Positions 38,791 through 54,131 of a stretch of 64,000 nucleotides of DNA are shown piece after piece. The translations under genes and the position numbers were made by a program. The notes below the pieces were generated by a model. That model did no database searches. It had not been told where the DNA came from and saw only the letters and a list, made by a program, of their open reading frames with translations. Origin of the DNA: Octopus vulgaris (lineage: Eukaryota); NCBI GenBank assembly GCA_951406725.2, contig OX597814.1, forward strand, positions 46,996,001 to 47,060,000. Direction: 5' to 3'. Within the stretch, counting starts at the first letter, position 1; each line of letters opens with the position of its first letter.

Positions 38791-39189
38791 GATTACATTT
38801 GGAAAAGAGTCTTTTTATTTTTATAACATAAAATATTTAAAATAATAAAACTGTGGTGTAGAACTCAATATACTTATGATTCAGAAGGAGTACAGAGCGG
38901 TAATAAGAAAAAGAGATAACAAAGGAGTAAACGATTATCGTATGAACTTCATTAGCTGTTTCTTCTATAACAGTGGTTTTACTACCACACCTCCCCTAGG
39001 AATTTGTTCTTCTCTCCACGCCTCCTTTGTATCTATGAATAAAATTAATTAGTCACATTATACAAAATATGTATAATTTTATATATAATCTCATTATACA
39101 AAAAGTGAGATACTTGACACTGCTTCTTAGCAAAAAAAAGTAACGTTTTTTTTTTTATTGAATATGAATTAGTCACATTATTAGTGAGA

Positions 39190-40920
39190 TACTTGACACT
39201 GCTTCTTAGTTACAAGATCTTGAATGCGTAGTTGAATGCCAGAGTGCACAACGTAAGTCCCTTTCAACGGTCAGCCTGTTTCTGTACTTGGTCTTGACAG
39301 CAACGAGCGTGGAAAATGCAGCTTCACAAAGATACGTGGCTCCAAACATAGCTAAAATCCGAAAAACCTGATGTGAGATCAGAGGGTAAACAAGAAGGTA
39401 CTTGATCCAGAACGTTTCAAGATCCAGTTCTTTGAAGTCTTCTTTAGGTGGGGAGTTGAGCCTCAGTTCAAGAAACTCCTCTTACACTTCATCCAAAACA
39501 TCAGTCACTTCACACTGAAATGGGTTCCTGATGAATTTCCAAGCTTCACACTTTTCATCTATATCTGAGAAGTATCTGATGAATTCTGTTTTCAAGCCAG
39601 TTAGATGAGTGATTATTTGTTTCTTTAACTCAGAATCAAGGCTACTGGGAATGAGAGCAAAATCCAAGTAACTAAAACTGGTTGTATTTCTCTGCTGAAT
39701 TCAATATCTCCAGAGGTCAAGTTTGGCCATGAAGGTTCGAATGGTGTCGTGGTGCATGAGAATGTTGAGGTTTTTCCCTTGTAGTTTAAGGTCGAGAGCA
39801 TTCAATGCTTCGAAGATGTCCACCAAGTAAACCAGAGATAGCTGAAAGTCTTCAGACTGGAACTTGTGGAGATCTGCCTTCTGTTGCAAATCTAGAAATA
39901 TTGCAACTTCTCATAGTTCATAAAGCCATCCAAGCATGTTCCCCTTTGATAGCCATCATACATTCATGTGAAAAAGCAATGCTTCATGTTCAGATTCCAT
40001 ATCCTTACACAGCAGTTTAAAAATACAACTGTTTAAGACTCCACCTTTAACAAAGTTGACAACCTTGATAGCCATATTCAAGACATTTCTCATTTCAGTA
40101 GGTAAGGTTCTGGATGCTAAGGCTTCACGATGAAGTATGCAGTGTGTACTGATAACAGATGGATTTTTTTCTTTCACCCTAGTAATGAATCCAGACTGCA
40201 AACCAAGCATGGCATACCCTCAGTTCACACCCCTACCAGCGAATCCCACGGAAGTTGGTTTTCCTGAAAGAAGTTTGATACATCACGAAAAATAGCTGCT
40301 GCTGTTGTACAACTATCCATAGGATGACAGAACAACATTTCCTCTTTAACACAATTGCCTAACACAAAATAAACATATAGCAGTAGCTCAGAATACTGAG
40401 CAATCTCAGTCGTTTCGTCACACTGGATGGCAAAAACAAGAATCTCTTACTTGGTCGAGAATTTGATCTTTGATGTCGTGAGACAAGTCATCGATCCTTC
40501 CCTTGACTGTATCGTTTGATAGTGAATTCTGGAAAAGCGTGTTTGCTCTGTCTTTTCCCCGAACAAGTTCTGCTGCGCGGAGTAGACTTGGTTTTATGAG
40601 AGACTCCCCGATGTTATGGCTCTTCTTGCTCTTTGCAATCAACATGGCGATCTCATAGGAAACCTCAACAACAATGGGTTCCTGATGAATTTCCAAGCTT
40701 GTTGCCATAATGCCCCACTACCGTCCAACTTAGCCTGCTTCAAGGATTGTCTTTTTATTTCAAAGAATGCCTTGGGTTTGTCTGCAAGAACAGGATGTGC
40801 TGTCCTCAAATGGCGTTCCTAGCATGAGGGTCGTATTCCATCACTGTTCAAAGTTTTGTAACATATCACACACTGGGGGACTTCTGTGTCACTCTTTTAG
40901 AGGGAAACGAATCCAAATCG
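39190..40920 (-). pseudogene. Fragmented hAT transposase (ZBED5/FAM200/Buster-like)
   Basis: SYEIAMLIAKSKKSHNIGESLIKP, THCILHREALAS, LVYLVDIFEALNALDLKLQG and ATYLCEAAFS motifs spread across frameshifted ORFs. Confidence 0.9.
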
Positions 40921-41812
40921 AATATATTCGTCAAGATACTTTTGTTTCTTCGTACTCATTGCGAATTATTGGATGTGCAGTGAACAACACAAACATGCGA
41001 ACAAAAGATAAGGCACGTGTAAGGTAATGTCAAGGCCCAAGTTAGAACCTTTCGAGTAAAAATTTCTGAAAAAAAATTAAAGCAAAATAATTTGGAATAA
41101 AAGTTAAATTAAAAGAAAAGTTATACGAAAATTTGTACAATAAAATATTGTATTTTTTTTTTGTATGAAAATATAAAAAAAGTTTCTTTAAGAAAAAAAA
41201 AAATTTTCAGAGCTTTTAGTTTTATCTAGTACTTTCAACAATATTTAAATCTGAACTTTAGTTTAACATTTGGCTTTATATTATAATATTTTTTCTTACA
41301 AAAAATTTACTACTTTTAACATAAATATTTAATATTTAGAAAAACTTTTTCCTATCTGTGTTTTAATTTTTTTGAGACTTTATTAAATTGAGAGATAGTA
41401 GAAACTATTACATACTTTTTGTTTTATTTCCTATTTTTAAATATATCATACTTTTCATCTTGTTAAAATTTTTAAATAGTTTTCAATTTTTTAAATTAAG
41501 TTAATATTTTTTAGTATGTTACTATAAGGATTTGATAATGTTTCGGCATGTCCCTTGATTTTTAAGAATCACATTATTTCATATACATGAAAACTGTGGA
41601 TCAAACTTATAATCTACTAACTGAAAACGATGCTTCTCTTTACACGATAATATCTAAGCTTTATACCAGTGGTCCTTAACCTGAGTCTTGTTGTAATAAA
41701 AAAAATTACAAAATAAAGGCAAATGTTAAAGCTACAATTCAGAATTAGTGAGGTTTTTGAGGAATATGAAGTGGGGGCCAATAAGTACAGAAAATGGTAA
41801 GCGGCGCTAAGA

Positions 41813-42092
41813 TCTCTCTATATATAAACGGCAGTTTGTCTGTGCGTGTTTCTGCGTGTCTGTTTTCTTGTACCCTCACTCTGACCACGGTTTTCAACCG
41901 ATTCTGATGAAACTTGACACACACATAGCCCAATGTCATAATTCAAAACTAACGCAGCGAAAATTTTGAAAAGTTCTCCCAGTTCTGAAAAAAATCGATC
42001 CATTTTTTTGCTATTTTTTGGCTATAACTCTCTAAAAATGCTTTATAGTTATTTCCCTTACAAACCTGAGCAACGCCGGGCGATACTGCTAG
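41813..42092 (+). mobile_element. Non-autonomous Helitron nested in the hAT
   Basis: A|TC start, CCTGAGCAACGCCGGG hairpin and CTAG|T end. Confidence 0.85.
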
Positions 42093-42105
42093 TAGTAGAA
42101 TAAAA

Positions 42106-42713
42106 AAACTAAAGATATAAGGCGATGCTTTTGCATTTTTTCATAAACTTCTCATTATTTGACCATGTTCCCGTTAAGAGAATAACAAATATAATTAGAG
42201 AAATTCCTGCTTTTTTCTCAAAGGCTCGTCCCACCCCCCTTGGAAATTGATGACGCCCCCCTGGGGGCGCCCCGTAGGTTAAGTACCACTATTCTATAAG
42301 ATGCAGTGAACTCATAACTGAGTGCCTAAGTAATATCGTATAGCTTCAACTGAGCCTCAAACACGAAGTGCAATTTATTTGGGAAAACAATTGAATTAAT
42401 GCATATAAGATATAAACTAAAGATATAAGGCGATGCTTTTGCATTTTTTCATAAACTTCTCATTATTTGACCATGTTCCCGTTAAGAGAATAACAAATAT
42501 AATTAGAGAAATTCCTGCTTTTTCTCAAAGGCTCGTCCCACCCCCCTTGGAAATTGATGACGCCCCCTGGGGGCGCCCCGTAGGTTAAGTACCACTATTC
42601 TATAAGATGCAGTGAACTCATAACTGAGTGCCTAAGTAATATCGTATAGCTTCAACTGAGCCTCAAACACGAAGTGCAATTTATTTGGGAAAACAATTGA
42701 ATTAATGCATATA
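42106..42713 (+). repeat. Near-identical 300-bp tandem duplication (42106-42407 and 42414-42713)
   Basis: The differences I could see are only in homopolymer lengths. Confidence 0.9.
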
Positions 42714-45057
42714 CACAGGAAATTATTACCAATGAGAAGGTATACATGTAGGGGATGAAATCCAGGGCTCCTCCCATAATTAGAATTCCCAAATTATTTC
42801 CCAAATAAATTGCACTTCATATTTGAGGATCTGATGTATGTACTATGTATGTATGTACTATGTATGTATGAGTGTATGTATGTATGTATGTATGTATGTA
42901 TGTATGTATGTATGTATGTATGTATGAATGTATATGCATATGCATATATGTGTAAGCACAAAAAGCTGGGACTATGCATAAGACAAGGAAAACTACAAAC
43001 ACGGGTAATAATACTCTTATCAAATATAGCATTGTGTTGTTCTCCTTTTTTAACTGGATATTATTCGAAAGATTTAACTATTAAGGTTTTATTAAATAGA
43101 TATAAATTTATTAATGAGGTCGATTGGGATGTTTGGGGTTTGTTTAACTATATTATATTCAATGCAAATATCTATTTATATGTGGTGTCCATAAAAGAAC
43201 GATGGCATCGAAGATCGAAGAAGTGTTACATTTTCTGTTTAAAGTGGAAACCGGTGTCCTTGTTGCACAGTCAGTGGAGACGGAGGAATTGGAAGCAGTA
43301 AATAGAAGTGGATTTGTCATGTGGAAAGAAAAGAGACAAATAAATTATATGGGAGTTGAGATCGGTGGTGGGTGCCAATAAAGTGTGTAAGAACCAAAAT
43401 GCAACAAATTTGGAGCATTTAACAACAAAATTGTTCCTCTCACAGTGCCGGCAGAAATACACCAAATGCTTCCTGGTAATGGTGTGCTGAAGACAGGATA
43501 GTATAAAAAGATTGGGACACCGATACAGGATGATAAGCATGCAAAATGTATACAAATTTGCAAGAAATAAGGTAAGCCAAACATTTAACTTTGTCGACCT
43601 AATAAAAGGAAAAGGAATCACAGGAAATCAGAAGGGTATTCTGGAAAGAGATAGGCTCAGAGAAGTGGGCAGAGAGAATTAAGTAGAGAGAGTATGAAGA
43701 CAGAGAACACCAGACAGCGAACTAGAGCAAGAGATGAAAGAAAGATGAGATAAGGGAGGAGGGAGAGAGATAGCAATAGCTAGCTAGCTAGCTAGATAGA
43801 TAGAGAGAGAGAGAGAGAAAGAGAGAGAAAGAAAGAGAAAGAGAGGGGTGTGGACAATACGGTCGCTGAGATATATTAAAAAGCAATAATGTAGGTAAAA
43901 ATGGCGTTACAATTAAATATATGAATAATTAAATACAGAGAATGCATGTCTGTGTGTTTATATATGTGTGTATATATACATGTATGTATGTATGTATGTA
44001 TGTATGTATGTATGTATGTATGTATGTATGTATGTATACATGCATTCACACACATATATAATACATGCACACGCATACGTATGTATATATATGTATATAT
44101 AAAACAAAACTACCAATACAGTGTGATTATGAATAAATATTTATATAGAAATCATATCTGGCAAATTTAATAAGCGCGTTTAATCTCCCTGTAGAAATGC
44201 AACCTGTATACAAATCATAGGAGTATTGATAACAAAGAGTGAAGAGCGTTTGATAATTTCATATTTCATAACAATATTCAGGTATCACTTCACCTCGCAA
44301 TGGCTGAAGTTACAAAGTATACAGCTTATAAAAAACACGAACATAACAAATTATAAGTGGTATAAAGAAATCTGCATAATGGCTCAAGGTTGACGGCGAA
44401 AATTATAGATAATTTGTGTATATCAAGAAGTACGAAACTACTCGGACACTTTTCACTCTAAAATTCTAGCTCGTTTTGACAACCTGCAAGACTAAAAGTA
44501 TATTTATTAACATGTTTATTGAATATATTTAGCAAGACTAAATACGTGTTTATTAAGCATATCATATTTGATATGCTTAATAAACACGATTAGGTAAGAA
44601 GTTCACAAGATCTCGAGTTCGAACCCAATGCATAGCATCCCATGTAGCTGTCTTTTGTCATAGGCCTTAAATCTACTCATGAAGTTGGGTAGAAGTATGA
44701 AGATATATATGCTTAATGTAGTGAGCGCCCATCAGAATTTCTATTAATTGATATTACACTGTAGTGAATAGCTTTAATGATAAATTCCGCTCAGAAAGGC
44801 AAGGCTGATAACTCTGAAATTTGAATTAATAAAAAAGTTCAATGGAAGAAAGCAGTATGGAGTGAGTTTAAACTCCGGTGTGTATAGTGATAACTCTGGA
44901 TTCGATTTACTCTTATTAGACCTCCTCAGACCCTAGAACGAATGAGAGGTGTAAAGATTTTGAATGGATGAACATTGATCCGTCTGACAACATAAAATGA
45001 TAATTAGGAAACATTTCCAAGAGACGCCTTCTGCATAAAAAATATAAAATTAAATAC

Positions 45058-45220
45058 AGGTGCAGGCGTGGTTGTGTAGTAAGACGCTTGTTTCATAATC
45101 ACATGATTCCGGGTTCAGTCCCCATGCGTGGCACCTTGGGCAAGATCTACTATATCCTCGAGCCGTCTAAAGTCTTGTGGAGGGGGTTTGGTAGACGGAA
45201 ACTGAAAGATGCCTGTCGTT

Positions 45221-45292
<72 letters not shown>

Positions 45293-45500
45293 CGTGTGCG
45301 TGTGTGTCTTTGTGTCTATGTTTGTTCCCCCACCACCGCTTGACAACAGGTGGTGGTGTATTTGCGTCCCATATCTTAGCGATAGAGTAAGTATTAGGCG
45401 TAAAAAAGAAGCATTGGTGGGTCGATTCATTAGCCTAAAAAATTCAAGGCGATGCCCCAGCATGGCTGCAGTCTAATGACTGAAACAAGTAAAAGATAAA
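45058..45500 (+). mobile_element. Family B SINE, near full-length with internal (GT)n
   Basis: GGTGCAGGCGTGGTTGTGTAGTAAG head, GGGTTCAGTCC B box, TGGTAGACGGAAACTGAAAG body and TGACTGAAACAAGTAAAAGA tail. Confidence 0.85.
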
Positions 45501-45734
45501 AGACAAAATTAAATGAGATGGCAGGGATTAACTCATTTTATGTAGCGAGACATATTTTCTTAGCAACTTCCCAGTCGAAATAATTTCAAAGTAGTCATCG
45601 CTTTCATTGATAATAATTAGGATAGGGAGTTGACAGAAACTGTAATGAATGAACTAAATACTCAATAGTAATTAAGTCACTCCCCGCGCGACCAAACGTT
45701 AACAGCTGACCTTGTCAGAATCTAACGTTTATCT

Positions 45735-45955
45735 TCCTATTAGTTTCAAATGTTGGCAAAAAGCCAGCAATATCGAGGGAGGGGTTAAGTCGATTACGTC
45801 GATCCCAGAGTTCATCTGGTACTTATTTTATCGACTCCAAAAGGATGAAGGGCAAAATCGTCCTCGGTGGAGTTTGAACTCAGAACATACAGACAGGTGA
45901 AATGCCGTTAAGCATCTTGTCCACATGCTAACGATTCCACCAGCACGCTGCCTTG
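45735..45955 (-). mobile_element. Family A SINE (diverged)
   Basis: TTTATCGACTCC..GGATGAAGGGCAAAATCG..TTTGAACTCAGAAC. Confidence 0.75.
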
Positions 45956-46123
45956 TCAATAAATATGCATAAATATGTACTGGGCGCTTTGGTTGATTAT
46001 ACGCAGCACCAAATTTCATTTATTTTAACTATTGATTAGGTTTGACGTTCATTTTATACATAATAGATAAGCTATCTGAATGTGCTTGTGTGTGTGTGTA
46101 GAGTGAGAGAGGTGGGTAGAAAG

Positions 46124-46200
<77 letters not shown>

Positions 46201-46205
46201 GAGAC

Positions 46206-46236
<31 letters not shown>

Positions 46237-46245
46237 AAGACAGAG

Positions 46246-46299
<54 letters not shown>

Positions 46300-46443
46300 T
46301 GAGAGAGATAAGCAATAAGGGAAAGTAAGCGGGGAAAGATATTTTCGATCAGGATTTGAGCTTGCACGTTCCTCAATATTTTTCTTCTGTCGCAAGTTCA
46401 GTGGATTATCTTTGGCCTGATATGGCTTCTACTACTACTACTA

Positions 46444-46500
<57 letters not shown>

Positions 46501-46669
46501 CACTACTACTGCTGCCGCTGAGCGTTTCGTATAAAAAGAAAAAAACGAATGATTCTGTCTGCCAAAAGATTTCAATCATGCTATCTGTTTTGTTTTCAAC
46601 AACAAAATCTTACATCCATGTATAAATATGCTTATGTATTACAGAGTGTATATATCCTTTCTACTCTAG

Positions 46670-47012
46670 ACACAACGTTCGAAATTTCTGGGGAGGGGCC
46701 CAATCGATTAGATCGACCTCAGTACGCAACTAGTATTTAATTTATCGAACCCCAAAGGAGGAAAAGCAAAGACAGACAAAATTCTTTACTACCCACAAGG
46801 GGCTAAACACAGAGAAGGACAAACAAGGACAGACAAACGGATTAAGTCGATTATATCGACCCCAGTGCGTAACTGGTACTTAATTTATCGACCCCGAAAG
46901 GATGAAAGGTAAAGTCGACCTCGGCGGAATTTGAACTCAGAACGTAGCGGCAGGCGAAATACCGCTAAGCATTTCGCCCGGTGTGCTATCGTTTCTGCTA
47001 GTTCACCGTCTT
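46670..47012 (-). mobile_element. Two adjacent family A SINE copies
   Basis: Partial copy at about 46670-46770 and near-complete copy at about 46780-47012. Confidence 0.85.
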
Positions 47013-47593
47013 ACATAGTGTATGTATCAAAATGCTTATGTATATATAATCATATATCTGAACACATGTAGCAAGTATCTAGTTGTGATTGCAATATACA
47101 AAAGTCTATGACTTATTTTTACAATATATACTCGTGGGTCTATGCTGGACGTTATGATCAAACGGTTTCAAGATTCGGCAGTATCATACGTAGTCCGAAT
47201 GTACTTTCACAGCTCAGTTCCATAATAGATGGTGTACGTCATTGTCACGGCCAGCCCACTCTATTCCTTGTTGTCTCTCTATTATCATTAACATAGACCT
47301 TATTTTCTGGCAAAGACAAAAGTAATTCCGAAGGCGGTAGCAATCCCAAATACGCATGGTGATGTTTTAGTCGTTCGCTTTTTTTTTTTGTTTTGTCTTG
47401 TTTTTTTTTTTAATATTTTGTCGCAGATTTATTTGGATCAAAGACTGAGTAATAGCTTTCAGTCATATATTAACTATATAAACGGAACTCGATGCTCTCA
47501 AATCTCTCCTTTTGGTCAGAGTGAGAAATCGACAGAGAAGTTGGCAGTATTTATCAGCCATGAATTGACTCTATAAACGAAACAAATAAACTA

Positions 47594-47649
<56 letters not shown>

Positions 47650-47836
47650 TTAGAACTCGTCTAGAACGAAGAATCGGCAGAATCATTCATTATATATTCT
47701 TGTTTCAGCTGGTCGTTGTAAAGACAGATTTCAACGAACATTATAGAGTTTACATTTCGGTGAATTAAAATATTCCATCAGACTAAATTATTTATATGCA
47801 TTGAATCTCACCATTTTCAAACTTATTAATCACACG

Positions 47837-47954
<118 letters not shown>

Positions 47955-48285
47955 ATATATAAATATATGCATATATACATACATATATACATATATGTAC
48001 ATACCTACATATATATGTATATATATACATGCATATATGGGTACAGGACACAAAAAAAACATAGACAAAATGAGAAACGAGGACATAAAAAACAAAAACA
48101 TAGAAAACGAAGTTTTTTTCGAACAACGAAAGAAACAAGCAAATAGAGAAACTAGACAGGCAGCATAAAAAGCATTCCCTTCATCAGTTGTCCTCTGTTT
48201 TATCTACTCCGCGTTTCGGTGGAAGAAAGAAAGATGGATAGCCGTTGGTCACGTGTGAGCAACGAGAGGGTTAAGGAGGAAGAGT

Positions 48286-48329
<44 letters not shown>

Positions 48330-48500
48330 ACGGTGAAGGGGAAAGGAGAAGAATAGGGAAAGGGTGGGAGAGAAAAATAGAAACGGAGAAGAACAAGAAA
48401 GGGAGATAGAAAAAATAGAGATAGAACAGGAGTGCGCATCGTAATTATTAAGATAAAACTTACTTGGAAATGGATGCGTGGCGTTCGATCATATAATAAT

Positions 48501-48571
<71 letters not shown>

Positions 48572-49407
48572 TATATATGTGTGTGTTGCAAGAGATGAAG
48601 ACAAAAGAAAATACGGAAAATAGGTTTAGACATATAAAGGACACGTATATGCTCACTGTTCATTAGTTACCGACCAAAAAATCATCACAATTTCGTGCAA
48701 ATTTGTATTTAGAACGCAACAATAGAAACATTGGGAAATATTTTTTCAATAAATAATGGGAGGCAATATGTGTTTTTTGTGGGGTCTGGGAGCGGCAAAC
48801 GAAAGGGCTGCCCCGGGCGACACACACTTTAGCTATGCTAGTGGTTAGATGGGTGCTGAGGAGGAGGAGGAAAAACCCCTGAAATATGGCATATACACTC
48901 ATTACCCATTTTTGTCTCCGATCTTATTGTTTGTTTACATCTAACGTCTCGATATGTTGTAGCTGGCTACAATTCCTGTAGAAATAACCTTAAAAACATA
49001 ATTTATCATTTAAGTATATATGCGTATGTCTAGATATGCAACTTTATGCATGGGAATACATACATAAAACAAAACATACAAATCAGCACATACATACATG
49101 CATACATACATACATTCAAAAATACCCTGTTGATGTTATTGAAATTCCAATGAAAGAGACTTGGATCTAGATTTGAAAGCGGCTTTTCTCTACTCGGATG
49201 AAATCTTGAATTAAAACTAAATAATGCGATACATACATACATCGAATCATGCCTGGAGACTGAGCCCACAGGCGAAACTCAAAGTAGCATGAGACAGACT
49301 CGACCAAAATAAAAGAATTGGTGAAACTCTATTGTGCTATCGAGTACTCCTTTTCAGACAGTCAACAGTAAGCCTGTATGTGTGTGTGTATGTACGCGCG
49401 TGTGTGT

Positions 49408-49445
<38 letters not shown>

Positions 49446-49595
49446 GTGTGTGTATAGCTAAGAATAGCTACAATAGCGACAACATCTTCTTGTTCTGTTA
49501 AAGTAATTCAGAAAAATTATACTAATGTGCCCAAATGATTAATATTCTATTCATTTCTGCAGTTGATGATATATATATATATATATATGTATATA

Positions 49596-49722
<127 letters not shown>

Positions 49723-49726
49723 GGTG

Positions 49727-49764
<38 letters not shown>

Positions 49765-49971
49765 CAATAATAAATCTCTGAACGAGGTATAAATAGTAAC
49801 TGCACGACAATGTGAGGTATATTTGCAAATACCTTAGGGCACACAAAGTGTGCCTAAAGCCAGCTGGAGGAGATGTACTCCTGGGGCTACAAGCTACAGT
49901 AACACCCATTCTTAGTGGTTAGCCATATTGAGATGGCAAATATACCTTTTATATATATATATATATATTAT

Positions 49972-50054
<83 letters not shown>

Positions 50055-50562
50055 CACATGCATACATGCATACACTTGTGAATGATGTGTATTTGTGGGG
50101 CGGGGTGTATACATTGTGGAAGAACCTCAAGACACAACTGTCGTTGGGTTTAATGGTTTTTACAGTTACGGGCTGTTCAATTTTTTTTTAACAGTCATTC
50201 ATGCTTAAATTGAAACAGTAACACTCCTAAGTCCATTAACGAATTCTGGCCTCAGCTTCACCTTTATAATGAAATCGTAACAGAGGAGGTGTACAGTATT
50301 CGCGCGCTTTAGTGTAGGTGGCAAAGAATCATGGGAAATTGTTATAAACCTCAATGCAGATGATTCAACTTTTAACCTCTAGTAAATTTCATGGTGCCTT
50401 CTACATGTGCTAAGTCTGGGCGTCGGGTTTTGTATACTGCTATGTAAAAAAAAATCTGCCATGGTTTTTTTTCCAATATTTTTCTATCTAATTATATGTG
50501 CGCGTGTGTGTACGTATGTTTGCATAAATGTATGTATGTATGTGCTTTATATATATAAATAC

Positions 50563-50632
<70 letters not shown>

Positions 50633-50687
50633 ATGTATGTATGTATGTATGTGTGCATATATATATATATGTATGTATGTATGTATG

Positions 50688-50724
<37 letters not shown>

Positions 50725-50729
50725 GTATG

Positions 50730-50764
<35 letters not shown>

Positions 50765-51832
50765 CTATCTACACAAACAGACGCACACACAAACACACTT
50801 ACAAACACAAACACATACACACACATATGCTCACACATACACACACATGCGCACACACACAAACATATTTACACACACACACATATACACACAATACACA
50901 CACACATACACACACAGGCATGGAAACATTCCAGTTTTAATTTCGTGTTAAGCTGTAATGTAGGCGAGCCAAAATTCTAAGGAAACACCTCTCGAGGGTC
51001 GTTCGGCTGTAAGTACAGCCTTATCTATGAATGAATAGCAACAGGCAACTCAGTATTCTGCCCATGTGACTATTGTATAACGTGTAACATGATGTCAGCA
51101 ATATAGCTTTGAGTGCCGCGCCGTCGTTGGTCGCTGCTTATAATGAAAAAATAAAATTTTCCGTTTCATTGTAGGAAGAATAGATAACAGAAAAAGAAAA
51201 AGAAAGCTAAGCTTATGCTATTACAACGGCCCACCCTCGTATAGTAAACAATACTGATGTGCCACAGACTATTATTTCTCAGTTCAACTGTTACTTTAAA
51301 GTGTCGCAGTTTCAACGCTCGCTTATCCCATTACGCGTAACAGACGTGTAACTTTCCTTCCGACTTTTCCACAGGAAGTTACTGTACTGAAAGAAGATAA
51401 GATCAGATATTAATGCTTGTCTTTCTTTCTTTTTTTCCTTCATTTTCTTTTTCATTCAATGTATGTTTATAATTAACTGCGAGTGAAATACTACTTAGAC
51501 GCCGCTGTCAAGAGCGCATTAGCAACAATTGTAGGTGATAAAACACCTCAAACGAAAATTTGATGAAAAGAAAATCAAGAAAAACTAGTTGATATCATAA
51601 AACGTCAACTCATACCAACACGCACGCACATATATTATACAGCAAGAAAGAGGGAGTCCGAGAGAGAGAGAGAGAGAGAGAGGGTTTCATTTATTATACA
51701 TTTTTGTGAGCATATCTATATATAAATATACGTGCATGTGTTCGCGCGTGCATATAAATACAAACACTAAAAATCAAAACAAAAACCCCCCAAAAAAACC
51801 TCAGCCGAATCAAGCACTCTTAAAAAAGGAAT

Positions 51833-52010
51833 ATGTCAAACGACCCGACAGACGATAAAACCGATGTAGATAAAACCGATGAGGACGGAGATTTAAATAA
51901 AAGAGAAAAGTGGTCGCGTAACATAGACTTTTTATTGGCGTGTATTGGATTCTCCGTGGGACTTGGCAATGTCTGGCGATTCCCGTATCTCTGTTACAGA
52001 AACGGTGGCG
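51833..52010 (+). CDS. SLC6: First coding exon of an SLC6 sodium/chloride-dependent neurotransmitter transporter (GABA/taurine/creatine-like N-terminus and TM1)
   Basis: [40 protein letters not shown](G) is the SLC6 signature. It ends at a phase-1 GTAAGT donor at 52011. No downstream exon was recognised in the window. Confidence 0.95.
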
Positions 52011-52130
52011 GTAAGTGCCTTTTACAGTTATATTAATCATAGCACTCTTATATAATTGGTTGGATCATGTGCCTGCTTTGGCATACACCGTTGCAAACAT
52101 AAATATAAACATAAGCCCACAGACACGTGC

Positions 52131-52196
<66 letters not shown>

Positions 52197-52252
52197 ATAT
52201 ATATATACACATGTGTTATATATATATATTGATATAATGTATAAAGTGTGTG

Positions 52253-52288
<36 letters not shown>

Positions 52289-52394
52289 GTATATATATAG
52301 TATATATATATATACATATATATACATAGTATATATATATATATATATACATATATATAAATATATATATGTACGCACACACACAAACACATAC

Positions 52395-52440
<46 letters not shown>

Positions 52441-52793
52441 AATTACACATACATACACGTGCATATATATTTACACATACACACATACATATCTATCTAT
52501 CTATCTATCAATATATATACACACACACATATATACATACACTCTCTTTCTTTCTCTCTCACGCACACACATACACATGCATATGCATAAAGTAAAAGAA
52601 GCGATACATTTGCGCGTGTGTGTGTGTATGTATGCATCATTTTTTTACTAAGTGTTGTCCTAAGAGTAGATTACACCATAAATGATACCGCGAAAATATT
52701 AGGTTTAAAAAATCACATTTGACAAAAAAAAATCTCGAAGATGCCTGTGGGGCACGAAACAACATCGTTTGTAGACAAATCCAATGTCCTACC

Positions 52794-52847
<54 letters not shown>

Positions 52848-52907
52848 CATTTATGTATGTATGTATGTATGTATGTATGTATGTATGTATGTATGTATGC
52901 ATGCATG

Positions 52908-52980
<73 letters not shown>

Positions 52981-52997
52981 ATATATGCATGCATGTA

Positions 52998-53042
<45 letters not shown>

Positions 53043-53352
53043 ATATGTATGTATATATATATATATATATATTCATGTATATCTGTATACATACATACAT
53101 ACATAATGCATGTCTACATACATACACACATACACGCATGCATGCATGCATACATACATACATACATACATACATACATACATACATACATACATACATA
53201 CATACATACATAAATGCCAAATATATCTTCGTACATGTATTTACAATAATTAAGTAATTAAATAAATATGTTAAATAAATAAATGATGACCCAAGTGCAG
53301 GAGGATAACGTTGTATCATAGTAAAACAGACAGTAAAAAAATTTAATGTAAC

Positions 53353-53393
<41 letters not shown>

Positions 53394-53724
53394 TTTTAAT
53401 ATGGCATGATAGTGACTTGGAAAATTAGCGCAGTGCTTCTATCATAAAGCGTTGTATATACAGTGTCGCTGTAACCAGGTGGGTTATTTAGACTATTAGG
53501 TTCAGGCATGCATGGGTGAGTCTTTAACGAGTTCGCTTCCCAACTACGTGGTTTCAGGTTCGGTTCTACTACGTGGTAGATATATATGTATATGTGTGTG
53601 TGTGTGTGTATATACACACATACATACATACAAACATACATATATGTATGTATGTGTGTTCTTTTACTCTTTTACTTGTTTCAGTCATTTGACTGTGGCC
53701 ATGTTGGAGCACCGCCTTTATATA

Positions 53725-53834
<110 letters not shown>

Positions 53835-54131
53835 GTATGTATGTGTGTGTGTGTATGTGCTATCATAACTTCATTCGGGAGTTAACCCAGGAGTTTACAC
53901 TATTAAATTCGTCTATGGGTCCAGGCTATCAGTCAGATAGTAATCGAGAGACTTCGCAGCTAAATTTTATTATCATATATTACATATATGATAATAAGAT
54001 TTTATAAAATTTTGCTGGGAAATTTTTAGAATAATATAAACAATTATTTACATGAAAGAAAATCACCGGTGAACCCTCATCCAACTATTCCAAATCCTTC
54101 TGTCAAAACTGTATTGAAACCATTTGTGGGA

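Larger units (their letters stand above)
38971..42291 (-). mobile_element. hAT (Buster/Charlie-type) DNA transposon
   Basis: CAGTGGT..ACCACTA termini and exact 8-bp TSD TTCTATAA (38963-38970 and 42292-42299). It interrupts a repeat that is contiguous at 5390-5510. Confidence 0.85.

Noticed and set aside
39190-40920. Domesticated ZBED/FAM200-like host gene
   Set aside because: Multiple stops and frameshifts, with TIR and TSD retained, indicate a dead transposon.
41900-41920. CTGATGAAAC hammerhead-like core
   Set aside because: There is no stem II between the cores, and it lies within the Helitron's internal sequence.
48170-48220. Minus-strand GAAAC...CTGATGA permuted hammerhead
   Set aside because: No stem I pairing could be drawn.
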